Assembly: GCA_028534125.1 (NCBI GenBank)
Contig: CM052817.1
Location: 40,798,001 to 40,862,000, forward strand
Length of the DNA stretch: 64,000 nt
Reading direction: 5' to 3'
Source of the DNA: Lama glama
Taxonomy: Eukaryota
The position numbers and the translations under genes were made by a program. Shown here piece after piece: positions 48,971 to 62,532 of the stretch; within the stretch, counting starts at the first letter, position 1, and each line of letters begins with the position of its first letter. A model generated the notes under the pieces. It had not been told where the DNA came from. It made no database searches and saw only the letters and a list, made by a program, of their open reading frames with translations.

Positions 48971-50794
48971 GTGAAAATGGCTCAGCACATCTGGGGGTAT
49001 AAAAGAAGAAATTCTTCTCTTAGGTAGTGAAATCTGGCTGAGTTGGGGTCCTAGTCTCTTATCCCTTTGTAAGCAGATCTTGTGAGTCATTCTTCTTGCT
49101 CATCATCCTGTTGATTTATGGAGCATTTCCTAAAGGTTTCGATGGGGAGATTTACTGTTAGAGTGTAAGCACTTCACTTAGTCACTCAAGGGTAAATCCT
49201 TGTTGGGTTCCCAGTCTGACTGTAACTGGGCCAAGGAAGCTAAATCTTCATGCCTGTACACAAGTGTGAAGAACTCACTCACTTAGCTCAGACGGAGGGA
49301 TTTTGGGAAGGACTTAAGTAGTGTGGATGAAAGGTACACTGTCAGTAACAGAGATTGACAGTTTAAACTTCTCATACTGGAGTCACAAACCTAGGGTGGC
49401 TAGGAGTGGGACAGGCTGAAATTGGAATATAAGATGGGGTGGAAGCCTGACATGCATTCCATAGGGCCTGGTGTGAACTGAATTGAGTGATTTGAAACCA
49501 AGCAGTTACATCACAGTTCATGACCTCTACTGGGAGGCCCTAGAGAGGAACCTAGGATCGAATCTGTCAATTAAAATCCTATTTTTCTCTCCAAGAAGTA
49601 GGCCCTCTGGGTCATCTGAGAGCTTCCACTGATGATGGACTTCACATTTTAACTGCTCTCTCTCTCTAAGTAACTACCTCCCTAGGGTGGAAGGTGCAGA
49701 TCCCTTGGTGCATACAAAACTTCCTTGAGCAATGAATTGACTTCCTGCAGGTCAGCTCAGGAAAGGCCACAGGGCAGGGGCTAGGCTGGGGGCAAGGACT
49801 AGGGTTAATCCAGGTTGCTTAAACAGCATCCGCTTATGTGGGTGCCATTTTTTCTCAGTTTTGTAATGTTTGAGTGCTAGAAGAACAGAGGAAGCCTAAG
49901 TATATTGAAACACATTTATTAAATTTCACACGTTAACATTTCAAAGAAAAATAAGAGGACCCACATTAATCATATTTTCAGTAGTTATTATACATACGAC
50001 AATTAGTCATAATGGGATTTTCTGCCAGTTATTCTAATTAGTGTTACATAGCCAGACCAGTATCGAGCATTCCCTCTGCTTTGTTAGTTTTCCAGAATCC
50101 ATAAATAGCATTGAGGCTTGTTGGGATCCTTGAAAGCAGCCCATTAAATAAAACCCTCTGTCCTGCCTGAGTGCTAAGAAAAGTAAGAATTAAGACAACA
50201 GAGTAAAACAGATGAGAATTCAAAATGTTACCTTAGTTACTCCTAAGGGCTCAGCTGGAGGGTGCTTTCTCACCTGGTCATTGGCTGTGCTGGGCCGTGG
50301 CTGACTCACTCTGCGGGGGGACAGGCACTGGGGATAAGGGATGCTAGGGGCTGACTTGGGGCTGCCCTGGAGGAACACCAAAGAACCAAGAGGTGTAAAG
50401 GAAGGGCTGAGTTGAGCATGTCCAGTTTATTCCTGCAAACTTATCAGTCAGATAGATCACTCCCAGAGAGAAGTCAATGGGAGTTGCACTAGATGGGTTC
50501 CCTTCATCAGGAGTAGAGAAGTATTCCTACTTTGTTTGCTTGTAAACAGTTTTTCTAGATGTTTTATACTGTGTAATCCTCTCTTTATGTACTGACTCAG
50601 CCATACTGTCATCCAAAGACTAGATCTTGGACTCGGAACAGCCATATGATTTCCTTCATCCTCCATTGTCCCTTCCTCTACCCCATTCCTCCTCCTTTTC
50701 TACTAAATCTGGCCTCAGGATTCTTGAGGTCCTCTTCTATATTAATTTAAATTATTTATATGAAATCCCATATTTAATCCCATTTGGAAGGTTT

Positions 50795-51000
50795 ATAGCT
50801 TGTCATGTGCTAGTCATTTTGTATACATTATCCCATTGGATCCACAACAAACTTGAGGAATAGGGCTTTTTCTTATTTATTCTTTATCTAGATGTAGAAA
50901 CTGTCTCTCAGAGAGGGTGATTCATCCAAGGTTAAAGGGATAGTAAGTAGTGGAAACAGGATTCATGTCCAAAGCCTGTGAGGAGCTGATAACCCCAAGC
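50795..51000 (-). mobile_element. MIR SINE
   Basis: atacattatcccattggatccacaacaaacttgagg...tagatgtagaaactgtctctcagagagggtga...tccaagg...tagtaagtagtggaaacaggattca. Confidence 0.75.
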
Positions 51001-53074
51001 ACTTAGTTCTCCAGTCTTGGCAGGAGTGAAGGATGAGCATCAGTCGGAGATGAATGCAGCTCCCCTGACCCAGGAGGTGAGCAAGGTCACACAGGTCTTT
51101 GACAGAGGTGGGTACAGGAAGGAGCATAGTTGGACACAGAGCTCTCTGATAAAGCGGAGGGAAGGTAAGAGAAACATAACTTGCATTTTTAATATAGGTC
51201 TCTGTCCTCCTAGCCGTACTCTGTGGGAAAAGAAGTTAGAAGCTGGGCAGGCTGCAGAGTTAACTTTTCTAGCTTTCATGCACACTGTAGGGCATGGACT
51301 TGGGAAAGGCTTGGTTTGCCTTTGGGTGGCAGCCCGGGGGTGGAGAGATAGATGTTCAGGTGTGTAAACAGTTGAATGGAATAGTTTCTTGACCTGCTTT
51401 TCTCAGACAGGCACCTGTTCTCAACTGCTGGCCCCCAAAGGCCTCTTCTCTCCAAGAACACCTCTTTCCTCTCCTCCGCTCTTTCCCCAGTCCAGGACCC
51501 TGGCAGGAGAGGAGTGCATGGCAGCCTGCACTGCTGAGGGTTCTTCTGGCTCCACTGTCAGCAAGACCTCTCTGTTGATGGAGGAGAGAGAAAAGGAAGC
51601 GTGTATTCCATTTTTCTTTCTTGGGGCATGGATAGCTGTGCCCTTGCAGGGCTGTTTCTGAGGATCTGTGGTTTCCTAACCATCTTTGTCTCTGGAGCAG
51701 AATGTTTTCCTTTACTTTCTTCTGGGTTGGTAATGCCATGAACCTTGTCTTACTTCTTCCTCTGGGAGACCTGTGTGTGCCACACCCACCCGACTCCTGA
51801 CCACTAATCTAAATATTAAGACAACCAGTCATTCAGACCCCATCTATCTATAGCCGTGCACTAGGAATAGTCATCAGATTGACTGTACCATGTGCACTGA
51901 ATTTGCTTTTTGATTCAGCAGAAACTTGCAAGTGTTATAGCTCAGGGATAGTGTGCTGGTAAATTTATAATATTTAGTTTTCTTCTTTCCCACTTGTCTG
52001 GATACCTGATAGCAATAATAAACATCGCACCCAGAATTATGGGCACTATCCTAAGCCTGTAGTGTGAGCATGACTCAATATTTGGCTGAGACTTGTGGAA
52101 TCCATTGGTAATTTACTGGTCTGTTTTATGGTATGGGCCCAAGTTATGTCATGAAATTCTTAATTGCAGAGGGGTGGCAAAAGGAGGTTTTAGAACATTA
52201 TTGATGATGTTTTTGAAATACTTAGGATTTCCCAAAGCAGGGTATCCTATTGCTTGATCACTGGTCCATTGGTAATTTTAATTGGCCTCTGTAGATTTAT
52301 TCATTTCTCCTGTTTATACTAAAAATAAAATTAATAAAATAAAACAATAAAAATTCATTGTCTTCATTTCTACCCTGCCCAAGGAGACTACATAGTAAGT
52401 GCTCTAGGATACTTAACTTGATTTTAAATTCTATCTGTAAATGTAAAGAAAAAAAAGAAAGAAAAGAAAACCATTTTTGATTGATTTCTTTCACTTTGCA
52501 TCTGTCTCCTTTGCAAACAAACAAACTGGAAACTCTGACAAGATTCTGTTCTATTGATTTCTCTCTTGTTTGGGGGTGATGAGGGAGTCCATCAGTCATT
52601 TCTTTAAAATTGTGTCTTTGAGATATCTGTGTTGTTTGTGAAGTACTTAAGGGTTTTGTCCTTGAACTAATTCCCAAGCAGGGACTCATTTATAGACTTC
52701 AGTAGAAATATGTAACCCGCATGACCTTAAGTTTGGCAGGACCACAGAAAAAGTGCTCACATGTTATGTACAATGTGTTTTTTTTACAAGGCACTTTAGT
52801 GCCATGTCATAGATTGAAATGGGCAAGGTGATTCTGGTCAAGAACATATAAGTTGTTAAAGCTAGCTAGAGATGGAGAAATTTGGTTTATGTTTAGCTCG
52901 AAGTTTCTCTCACTAGACAGTAGTTTGACTCAATTTTCTTTGTGTAATTGCAAAGGCGAGGAAAAATTGGAGGAAAATTCTTTAACTTTCCAGAAGGTCC
53001 CTGCTTCATCTTTTCTAAAGATAATAGCTCTGATTTCTTGAGAGCTAACTATGGGCTAGCTCTTGTGCTAAGTG

Positions 53075-53282
53075 CCTGGGTACACTGATAAACGCTAAGC
53101 AATCAGCTCTCAATTAAAAAAAGTGTTCTAATTTGTAGCGTCTGCCACTTTCTGCGGTTTTAAATACTCTCACCATGACCAGTGTCAAGCCATGAGTGTG
53201 ATGTCACTGACAGGAGACTTGGGAAGAGATGCTGCCCATAGGCTCTTGAGAGCTGATAGGAGTCAACACCGGCGCGTCCCTG
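53075..53282. mobile_element. MER63A-like hAT-Blackjack DNA transposon
   Basis: atttgtagcgtctgccactttctgcggttttaaatactctcaccatg...gatgtcactgac...ttgggaagagatgc; 8-bp TSD gctaagtg (53067-53074) / gctaaatg (53283-53290). Confidence 0.88.
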
Positions 53283-53461
53283 GCTAAATGTTCCACGTGT
53301 GCTCACTCTCACCGCAGCTCTATGATGTAGGTACCTTCACAGCCTCACTTCAACGATGAGAACACTGAAGCACCGAGAGGTGAATTAACAACCACATTAC
53401 ACAGCTGCCAGGTAGGACAGCTAGGATGTGCACACGGCAGTCTGGCTCCAGAGTCTAGCTC

Positions 53462-53583
53462 TTTTTTTTTTTTTTAAATTTAAGTCTAATGTTGTGTTAG
53501 TTTCTGGTGTGCAGCATGGCGATTCAGTCATATACTCATATACACATGTACATATTCCATTTCCTATTCTTCTTCATTAGAGC
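53462..53583 (-). mobile_element. Short L1 3' tail
   Basis: Poly-T then aatgttgtgttagtttctggtgtgcagcatggcgattcagtcatatac...tattcttcttcattag. Confidence 0.8.
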
Positions 53584-54261
53584 AGATCCCGTGCTCTTAA
53601 CCACAGTGCCATGTCACCTGCAGTCTTCTTAGTGGTTCCACTTCCAGTTTAGGAACTTGGTGGAAGTACTGTTTAGGAATATGAGGTTCTTGAGTATGGA
53701 AACCATGAAGCAGAGAATATTCCTATTAATCTATTCATTTGTATCAGTGTAAGTTCATCTCTGTAAAATTGCTTTAGATAATGGTTATGAGGAGCCCTCA
53801 TTTGGGGGCCAAGAGAGGGCTCACATGGGGCAATGTCTCTAAAACTAAGTAAAAACCATCTCAGGACAGAGTGTACAGGTAGAAAGGTGGAGGGTGGGGA
53901 GACCCTGTGCTGTGGATGGGTGGTGATGACAGGAGGTAAGGCTCTGTGTGCAGGGACAGATGAGCCAGATGCCACCAGCTGGAACAGCTTCATGGAGCAC
54001 TTCTACCTGGGTTTCCTAGAGAAACACTTCTGCGTGTCTGCTCATCTGCCAGTGAACTCCAGGGAGCAGCTTGGACTTAGCGTAGCGTGAGCAGGGGTGT
54101 CTCCATTATCTGAGCCATGAATGCTAAGGAAAGGTAATATGCTCCCTCAATAACCCCTTTTTGGCTCTTTGATGTTGCAGTTTTCTTCTCTGTGTGTAGT
54201 TATGTATGTAGGAATAAATGAGATATATATATTTATATATATATATTTTAAGCATTCTGAA

Positions 54262-55073
54262 TGAAAACAGTTTCTGTACTCACAAGACTTCTGACACTAG
54301 ATATGTTTTTTTTCCACACCATGCAATTTTCCAGTTCTCAGCAGACACCAGCTGGGAATCCTACAGTTTCACTCAGTTTTGGCACTAACTGCCCAGAATT
54401 AACAGACCTCACAGGCTAAGGACTCACAAGACTGTCCCGCACTTTGGATGCCAGTCACAAGTCCCAGGTTGTGACCAACTGGCTGTACGTTGGAGGTTCC
54501 CACAACCTCCTCCTCAGATTTGATAATTTGCCAGAGTGGCTCATGGAATGCAGGAAAGTGTTGTACTATTGCTGGTTTATTGTTAAGGATACAACTCAGG
54601 AACCGCCGAAAAGAATAAACAGATGCATTGAGCAAGGTCTGGGTGCATGGAGCTTCCACGTCCTATCTGGGTGCGCCACCCTCCCAGCACCTGTGAGTGT
54701 CCACCAACCAGGAAGCGCCCTGAATTCCCCCCATTAGGGTTTTTATGTAAGCATTATTGATAAATCATCGGCCATTGTTGACTAACTCGATCTCCACTCC
54801 CTCCTTCCTCCTTGGAGGTTGGAGGTTGGAGGGTGGAGGGTGGAGCTGAAGGTTCCAACCCTTGAATCTCCTGATTGGTTCCTGTTGGTTCCGTCCTCCA
54901 AGAGTCACCTCATTAGCAGAAACTCAGATATGGCTGAAAAGAGCTTGTTACAGGTAACAAAATACACTCCTCTTAATGCTGTCACTCAGCAAATTCCAAG
55001 GGTTTTAGGAGGGCTGTGCCAGGAATGCAGGATGAAGACCAAGCAGTATTTCTTATTATATCACAATATCACA
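54262..55073 (-). mobile_element. MER21-like solo LTR
   Basis: acttctgacact...gacaccagctgg...cctcagatttgataatttgccagagtggctcatggaa...ggtttattgttaaggatacaactcagg...ttattatatcacaatatcaca. Confidence 0.9.
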
Positions 55074-57714
55074 GAGCCGTTTCTCTGATTTAGGCGAAAG
55101 GATCTGTAACAAAGAAAATTATTACTAATCGTAATCACTGTTTTTAACATTCAAAATCAGTCTAGTCTTGCCGGTGTAATCCAGGTGTCCCTTGAGGGAG
55201 GCTGTTTCATGGTCACCTCTGGCTTCTAGTTCTGTTTGTTAAATCAGTGCACTGTTTCACACGTGCTATCCCAGTATTGCAGAGTCAACAGAAACAGAAA
55301 ACAAAAAAATACCTTTTTTTGGACAATCCCTCACTGCATATCTCCCCAACCCCATATCAAAAAAATACCCACCAAAATCAATCACCAGAGATCTCTGAGT
55401 AGGACCTTATGGAGCATCGAAGGGGGCGTGCATTCTGTAACAACATTAATAATTTGAAATTGAAATTAAATTTTTTTGATGTTTCCATTCACAAAAAGAC
55501 CTCTTGGCCATTTCCTTGAACTCTAATTTTTCTGGTTTTCTGTTTCTCAGTTTTTCTTTACTGGTCCTAGCTACTCTTAAAAGTTCTCCTTGTCTGGTTT
55601 TCTCTACCTACTATCTTCAAAGTCTGCTCCAGGCTTCTCTCTCTGCAAACGGAAGAGCTGTTAATGTACTCTGAAAAATGTGGGCCTTTCTTCCTTCTCT
55701 GGTCATCTTTAATAGAGAAAGAGACCATGCAGAATAGAGCCTCACTGATATGAAATATGCACCCGTGCACCCCCTCCCCCACCCCTCACACAGTAGAACT
55801 GGCTCATTCATTTTGGTTCTGGTAGCATTTGATATGATTTTCTGTTTGCACATAGAAGAAATATAGTTTTAGAATTTTGCTCAAACGTGCTTTGGCTATA
55901 GGATAAGTAGTGATGATCTGGCATGAGCAATCATTGCTTAGTGTGACTGTCTTACTACACAATCTGTCCTGCCCCTCAGGGGCACAATTTGCTTTGTGTT
56001 TTCTTATCTCAATATTGGTTTTATCCTTTAAATCAATCCATTAGGATAAGGGTAGGTATGGTGGAATAGAGATTGTAGAATTGTCTGGCAATAACAGTGT
56101 GTCCAGGTATGTTTGGAGGGTGGCTGCCTTTTGTGAACAGGCCCAAGCCAACTTGGATATTGCTTTTGGATGGATCTCAGTGGTCCCTACTAGTTGAGGG
56201 ACAAGATGATAAGCTACCCCTTCCCCTCTCCCTCCAACACATGCATACTCTTGATGCCAGGTTATAATGAAAGCAAGCCTTAGACTAAATTCTTCCCCTC
56301 ATGAAGATGCTAATTTGCAGGACAATCATTCGGCTTGTTCTGCAGGCAGGTAGACGAAGCTCCAGCTCTGCCCCATGTGGTCACCTGAAAGCATCTTGCA
56401 GGAAAGGCTCGCCTGAGGCAAACGTGGCAGCATTCCAGTGTCACGATTCAGTGAACTGCTGGGAAACCACAGATCCTCTGACCCACTGGCCGGGCACTCA
56501 TCTGTAGAGATTAATCTACAACTACAGGGCTTATTATATTATTATAGTGTTTTCATGTATATTCAGGTGAGTGTCCCTAATCATCTGTTCTGATTATACC
56601 TAATTTCACCAGTAACCCACCCCAGCATCCGTGGTGCTAATTAAAAAGCCATTAATTTTACCAGTGAAAACCTTTTTCAACATTTCTTGAGCCGATTGTC
56701 AAAACCTCTGGTGTTGATCAGAGGTAAGGAAAGCTGAAGTCTTGTGGTTGCCCCTGACTAAGTGGTGGCTGACTACCCTGGGGTGTGCATTTCTAATTAG
56801 GGCAACTGCAGTTCGAGTGTAGTGTAAACCAACAGCGATGTAACATCATGCTGTAACAAACAGGAATTGTGAGGGGGAGCATCTTTTGCTCCAAGATGTT
56901 CAAGTATCTGGAATGTTCTTTCCAACCACGGGGCATCATTAAGAATGCCTCCTAGACTACAGAGACAAAATGACATCTCTCCTTTCTCTGTGGTGCAAGA
57001 TTACAAACAAGAGCAGAATTCGCTGTTGTAAGCAGACATGAGTGGAGACAGTCTGGTTTACCAGGAGCACGTCTTGGCAGCCGTTGTGACGGGTTAAACT
57101 GTAGACCTTTCTAAAGGGATAGGTATCTACTTTTCTGGCGTGTAAACTTTGTTTCCCGAAAGTATGAATTGAAAGAAATGCTAGAAAAATGCAGAAAATA
57201 AATCCCCAGAAACCTCTATGTGATTCCTTGTTTTTCATTTCTTGTGGTAAATATTGTTCACAATTTGTAGACCAAATAAATGCCATGGCAACTTGAAACT
57301 CTGCCCATCATTAAGTCTGTTTTTTCTCTTCTTTTCTCTTCTTCCTGTTCATTTTGTGTGCCAATTCAGACAAATTGATAGCTTATCCCATTAAGGAGAA
57401 AAAGACAAATAAAGGAAATAGACAATTAACCTTCCTAATCAACCTCCAAAATAAAATATTCATGGAAACTAAGGTTCTTAATTAGCCAACAGCCATGGAA
57501 AAACAAGTTTATGAAAGGCCACTTGAAAATTGGGATTGCAGACACATCTGAATTTTTACATTGTTTAAGATAGATTGCAAATTAATTTCCCTAATTGGGA
57601 TCTCAAACATTTCAATGGTAGAAATCTTATGTCAAGTTCTTTGGGAGGAGTTAGATATGAGTTAATGATTTGACTGATACTCGTGTCCTAGAAAGCAGAG
57701 TTCAAATTATGATG

Positions 57715-57795
57715 TGTGCTATTTTATTTTATTTTTTATACATACATATATTAATTTTCATATTCTTTTTCATTAAAAAGTTATTACAAGACAAA
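57715..57795 (-). mobile_element. Very short L1 tail fragment
   Basis: tatacatacatatattaattttcatattctttttcattaaaaagttattacaagac. Confidence 0.55.
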
Positions 57796-58894
57796 TGTGA
57801 ATGAATGGGTTACTATCAGTCATTGTGGGTTGCTTATGCTCGGACTAATTCTACACTTTGTGGCCATCACATCTATGAATGGATTTCCCTCAGTCTGCAC
57901 TGTTCATTCTTGCTGTCACCCTGACCTCTCCAGTCTGAACTATGTCATTTATATTGTGCTAAGTCTGGAATTTCTTCAACAATAGGATAGTGAAGCCAGA
58001 GGGAAGACTTAGATTTGGGTCTGGATCCATTCTGAGTCTCTGAGGTAGGGTCAGAAGGACAGATCCAACTACAAGTGCTGGGAAGTAGGTGAGTGTGGTG
58101 AGTGAAACATGGCACTGAGTAAGGAGGTAATTAAAAGATAACAGTCTGTGAACAGGGTCAGGAAGGATGCAGCCCTGGTCCCCACCAGCCCTACGCCCCC
58201 ATGCCATGGTCAGCCATTACTATTGATCATGATGTCCCGTCCTCTAGGACCTAGATGAGACCTTGGACTTGTTTTCAACAAAGTATTCTAGGCAGCCAGG
58301 ACACTGAAGTGAATTGATATTTGTGGTCTAATTTTCTGACCCATCTGGAGCATAAGAAACCACAGAGCCCGCAGTCTGCGGCCCAGCAGTCAGGCAGGCC
58401 GCAGGCACTGTTGGAGCAGGCTCCTGCTACCTACCGGCCTGAAACTCCAGTCCTCTGGAGACTGACAAGTAACAGCAAGGCACAGAGCACTCAGCTGTTA
58501 AGGATGTGGATCCAGGATGTGGTCAGGTTACCAAGATGGGGAGCAGGACAGAGTTCTAGAACTGGACTCGTAAGTGGGGCCAAGCACTCAAGAAGCAAGA
58601 AAAGTCCTGTTATCAGGACAGAGGAGCAAAGGTAAAGCTGGGTTGACCGCGAGGAGAGCTGGCACTGCTCCCGGGAGTCATGGGAGAGAAACAGGAGAGA
58701 GAAAACACAGTCTTCAGTGGGTGCCTGCTGTGTGCCAGGGACTGTTTGGTACTTTACAGACGTGATCTGATTTCAAGGGTAGCTTCCAATATCCCTTCTG
58801 CCTAAGAGTAGATTTATTCCTGGGGTGTATCCAGGCCAAGCTGCCCTGGTTAGGGCCAGGCCAGGGCCATCATTTGCCGCCTACTCTCATTACT

Positions 58895-59020
58895 TGTCTT
58901 TTTAAATCCCCAACTAGATTTTAAGCATCTGAGGGAAGACACTGGGCCTCCTGCTTCTTTGTATTCTCTTCAGCATCCGGCTTGCCGTAGGCACTCAGTA
59001 CATATTTGTTAATTGACTGC
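58895..59020 (+). mobile_element. L2 3' end
   Basis: actagattttaagcatctgaggg...ctttgtattctc...gtaggcactcagtacatatttgttaattga. Confidence 0.75.
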
Positions 59021-59634
59021 TGTATCCTGGTATATGCAACATCTGTTTCAGAGGAAACCTACTTCTGGGGATTGTGTCTCAGAGCAGATCTCTGTGAGAC
59101 CAAGTCCCAATTGGCCTTGCGTTGTTATCTCATGGAGTCGTTGAAGCAGCAGGTAACAACAGGAGGAAGCAAAATCTAGATCTAAACATGGCATAAGTGA
59201 TTGGACAGAATTCACCCAGTGGGACACTCTCCACGTGGAACTTCTCTGTGAGGAAGAGTCTGGGCTGAAAACTACGAAAGCCATGAAAAGAAACAGTACA
59301 GAATTCTTACCATGTCTCTAGGATGGGACTTTACGTGTCCCAGGATCTGTCCTCCACAAGCCCCGTTCACCTCAGTGTGCCTTTTGTGTTATACAAATTC
59401 CTATGAGTGAATATGTTAAACATGTTAAAATATACTCTGTCAGCCTCTAGAAAATTTAAATTAAACCAGTCCTCTGTTTTGCAAAATCAAGATTATGATA
59501 CTCTTTCTGCTAGGGCTGTCAGGTTAAGATTGGTATGGCAAGAGGAAACTTTTGCCTAAATTAAAAATAACCCTAAAAGACAGGCCCAATCGTCATTTCT
59601 CAACAGGGGCATCTCCCTTTAGATATGCATGGTG

Positions 59635-59850
59635 GGTGCTGTGACATGTGGGTGAAATGACAGGGCTCTGGTCTTCTACGTTGTCACTTACTTGTTTGGG
59701 CAAGGTGATTAGCCTCTCTGATTCTTGCTTTCTTTGTCTGTAAAATGAGGATAGCAATGCCTGCATGCACAATTTTTATAAGGATTTAAGAGAATGCTCA
59801 CAAACTGTGTAGCATGCAGTGGCTGCCGGATGAAATGTGGGCATTATTAC
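59635..59850 (+). mobile_element. MIR SINE
   Basis: tcacttacttgtttgggcaaggtgattagcctctctg...tctgtaaaatgaggatagcaatgcctgc. Confidence 0.75.
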
Positions 59851-60664
59851 TAAACTTTTGATTGTTGTTTGGAAATAAGGAGACCAACCCATTCTTACCT
59901 GTTTTTCATTCTTTCCTGACTTTTCCTTTATCCAAAAAACAAATCAACAAATCAACAAAATGCAAAGTCATTATGATGAATTTTTTTGGTCTTCTTGTTC
60001 GTTGGATGTGGAAGTATTTGTCGTTTATTATTTTATCACTCAGGCAACAGAAACCATAACGTGTGTGCAAATGCAAACGTCGAAGTGCATGCTTGTAATC
60101 AGAGCAATTTATACGAAAAGTTAGGGAATTCACAGTAGGGAGACAAGGGCAAGATGAGTCTTTGATCTACAGATACTACTGAAAGAAACAAACGTGAATT
60201 CCAAAAAGCAAATTTCGAGGCTGTCTCCCCACCACACCCTCATCTCTGCCATGTTCTTCCTTTCACGTTACGGTTTTGAGTATTTGTTCTAGCTTTCAGC
60301 CATCTTTCAATCCTAAGTGATCTTACTTAGGAGCTGTCTCTCATATCTCTTAGGCAACCATGAAAAATCAGAGCAAAATGAACTAAGGCAGTTCTAATCC
60401 AACAGCATCTTGGTGCACCTTTTCACTTAAAGGAAAACATCAACTCATGATAAGAGGGAGACTGCTATGTTGTGTGCATGGGTGTGTGGCCCTTGTCATT
60501 ACAGAACTGTTTAATATTCTGCAAAAATATTTTTACAAGCTTAGTTCTAGTTACCATAATCATGACAATAATTTTTCACACCTTGGCACCTATTAAATTA
60601 GCAACCAAGTTCTTTTCTTGAGCCATTATTCAAATGGATTCTGTCTGCATTCAAATAAACCTCA

Positions 60665-60880
60665 AGATCATAGAAATTAACAATGGGGAAAGTACATTAA
60701 ATCACCTAGTCTATTTCTTTGATAGGGGAGAATTGATCTTTACATCATAATCTCTAGTGCTTTGTCCAGTCTGTTTTAAATGTCTTAAATGAGTGTTATG
60801 CTCATTCTGGGTGGTCATCTTATCAAATTCCAGGGGAAATTCTTTTTCACAGCCTGCTAGAATATATATGGATTTTCTGA
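60665..60880 (-). mobile_element. CR1/L3 3' fragment
   Basis: atcatagaaatt...atcacctagtcta...tgctttgtccagtctgttttaaatgtc. Confidence 0.5.
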
Positions 60881-60944
60881 TGCTCTGCAATTTGCCAGTG
60901 TTCAGAGCCGCGAGGAATCAGGCAATGAATGTTCCAGAGGAGAA

Positions 60945-60970
60945 TGTGTGTGTTTGTGTGTGTGTGTGTG
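60945..60970. repeat. (TG)n microsatellite
   Basis: Read directly, with one interruption. Confidence 0.9.
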
Positions 60971-61714
60971 CATACATTGAAGTGGGTAGGGTAGGCCATG
61001 TGAGGAGGCTAAAAGACAAAAAGAGGGCAACTTGAGAAGGATGATACGTTTGATTGTATTTGAGATTTGACAGTTGTTTGTTTTCATTTTGTAATATCCT
61101 GAGTGGCGTGGGGAATTGAAGTAGATGTAATCACAAAGCCAAGAGAGAGGCAATGAAGAATGGGGGCAGATCTGATGCCAGTTTGAGTAGTAATTATGAA
61201 ATTTTTATGAGGTAAAATATCTACAAGCTACCTAAAAAAATTCTTTAACTTAAGTTTAAATTTTATTAATCTTACACATGGATAGTGTAAGTTACAGGCT
61301 CTAAAATAGAAAGTCAGAGTGTAGGCATTCTAATGTTGGCTATTTTTCTCTCTTTATAATTCAGTTGCAGTATTCCAATTAGATACCTAGGAAGATAGAC
61401 AGACAGACAGGTGGACAGGTAAAATAGGCTTCTGTAGTCACCATCTAGCTCAAGAAACAGCATTATTAGTACAATGAACCCTTCCTTGATTGTTGTTTTA
61501 TTTAACTCAAATGTTCTCTGTGTCCTTTTTTACAAAGCAAAATAAATGGAAAGTATGAATCAAGCACGTCATAAATGTTAGGGCACAACAAAAATGAAAC
61601 AGATTTTATGATCTTACTACAACATATCCAGTATTCAGATTTAACAAGTTTGGTAGAAGACAGGGAAGGAGTTGGTGCCCGGAACTGACATGAAAAGCAG
61701 AAGGATCACTTCTT

Positions 61715-61920
61715 TCAGAATCTCATGAAATGTAAGGATCCGAAAGGACTTTCAATTCATTCACCCTCTGTTGAGCGGCTTGAATTCCCACTTTGGCATC
61801 GAGGACAAGTATTTGTTCAACTCCTGCTTGAATACCTTCTGTGATGGAAAAATCATTAGCACTCAAGCCTTCAGAAATAACGGTTTGAAGTTCCTTGTTT
61901 CCACTGACACTTTTACCCAT
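61715..61920 (-). mobile_element. CR1/L3 3' fragment
   Basis: tcagaatctcatgaaatgtaagg...gaaaggactt...ctcctgcttgaataccttctgtgatggaaaatcatta. Confidence 0.6.
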
Positions 61921-62282
61921 AGACCCAACACTTAAGGGCCAGACAGAACGAATCTAATTTCTTGTAACAACTCTTCACACGCTGAACACAGTTGTCATGG
62001 CCCCTTCCTCAACCCTCTTGGTGTTCCCACCCCTGTCCCTTAAGCTCATTCACTCTCTTGCAGATGAGGCCACTCCTGCTTGGCTTGTACCTGCCTTTCT
62101 TAAGTGGTGGGGTGGCTCCAGGCAAAGCCATTCTTCACAGTCTTCCTGAAATTCGCTCCTCAGTGCCTGAGATGTAACAAGGGCTTAATAGATACTTACT
62201 CAATGGATAAGCGTAGTCTAGCCAGTCCTGAAGCATGTTTATCTATGTTGTAAACCTTAGATTAGAAAAACCCATTTTCTTT

Positions 62283-62532
62283 TTTTTAATTGAAGTATAA
62301 TTGATTTACAAAATTGTGTTACTTTCTGATGTACAGCATAGTGATTCCGTTACACACATATATATTCCTTTTCATATTCTTTTTCCTTATAGGCCATTAC
62401 GAGGTACTGAATATAGTCCCCTGTGGTATACAGTAGGACCTTGTTGTTCATCTATTTTATATATAATCATTAATATCTACAGATCCCAAACTCCCACTTT
62501 ATTCTTTCCTATTATCTACGCTCCCCTCCTTG
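62283..62532 (-). mobile_element. 5'-truncated cetartiodactyl-type L1 tail with TSD
   Basis: ttaattgaagtataattgatttacaa...gaatatagtcccctgtggtatacagtaggaccttgttg; TSD aaaacccattttcttt (62267-62282) / aaagcccattttcttt (62533-62548). Confidence 0.92.

Larger units (their letters stand above)
53020..53615 (-). mobile_element. MIR SINE carrying two later insertions
   Basis: ataatagctctgatttcttgagagctaactatg...; gatgagaacactgaagcaccgagaggtgaattaac...gcagtctggctccagag; gtgctcttaaccac. Confidence 0.8.
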
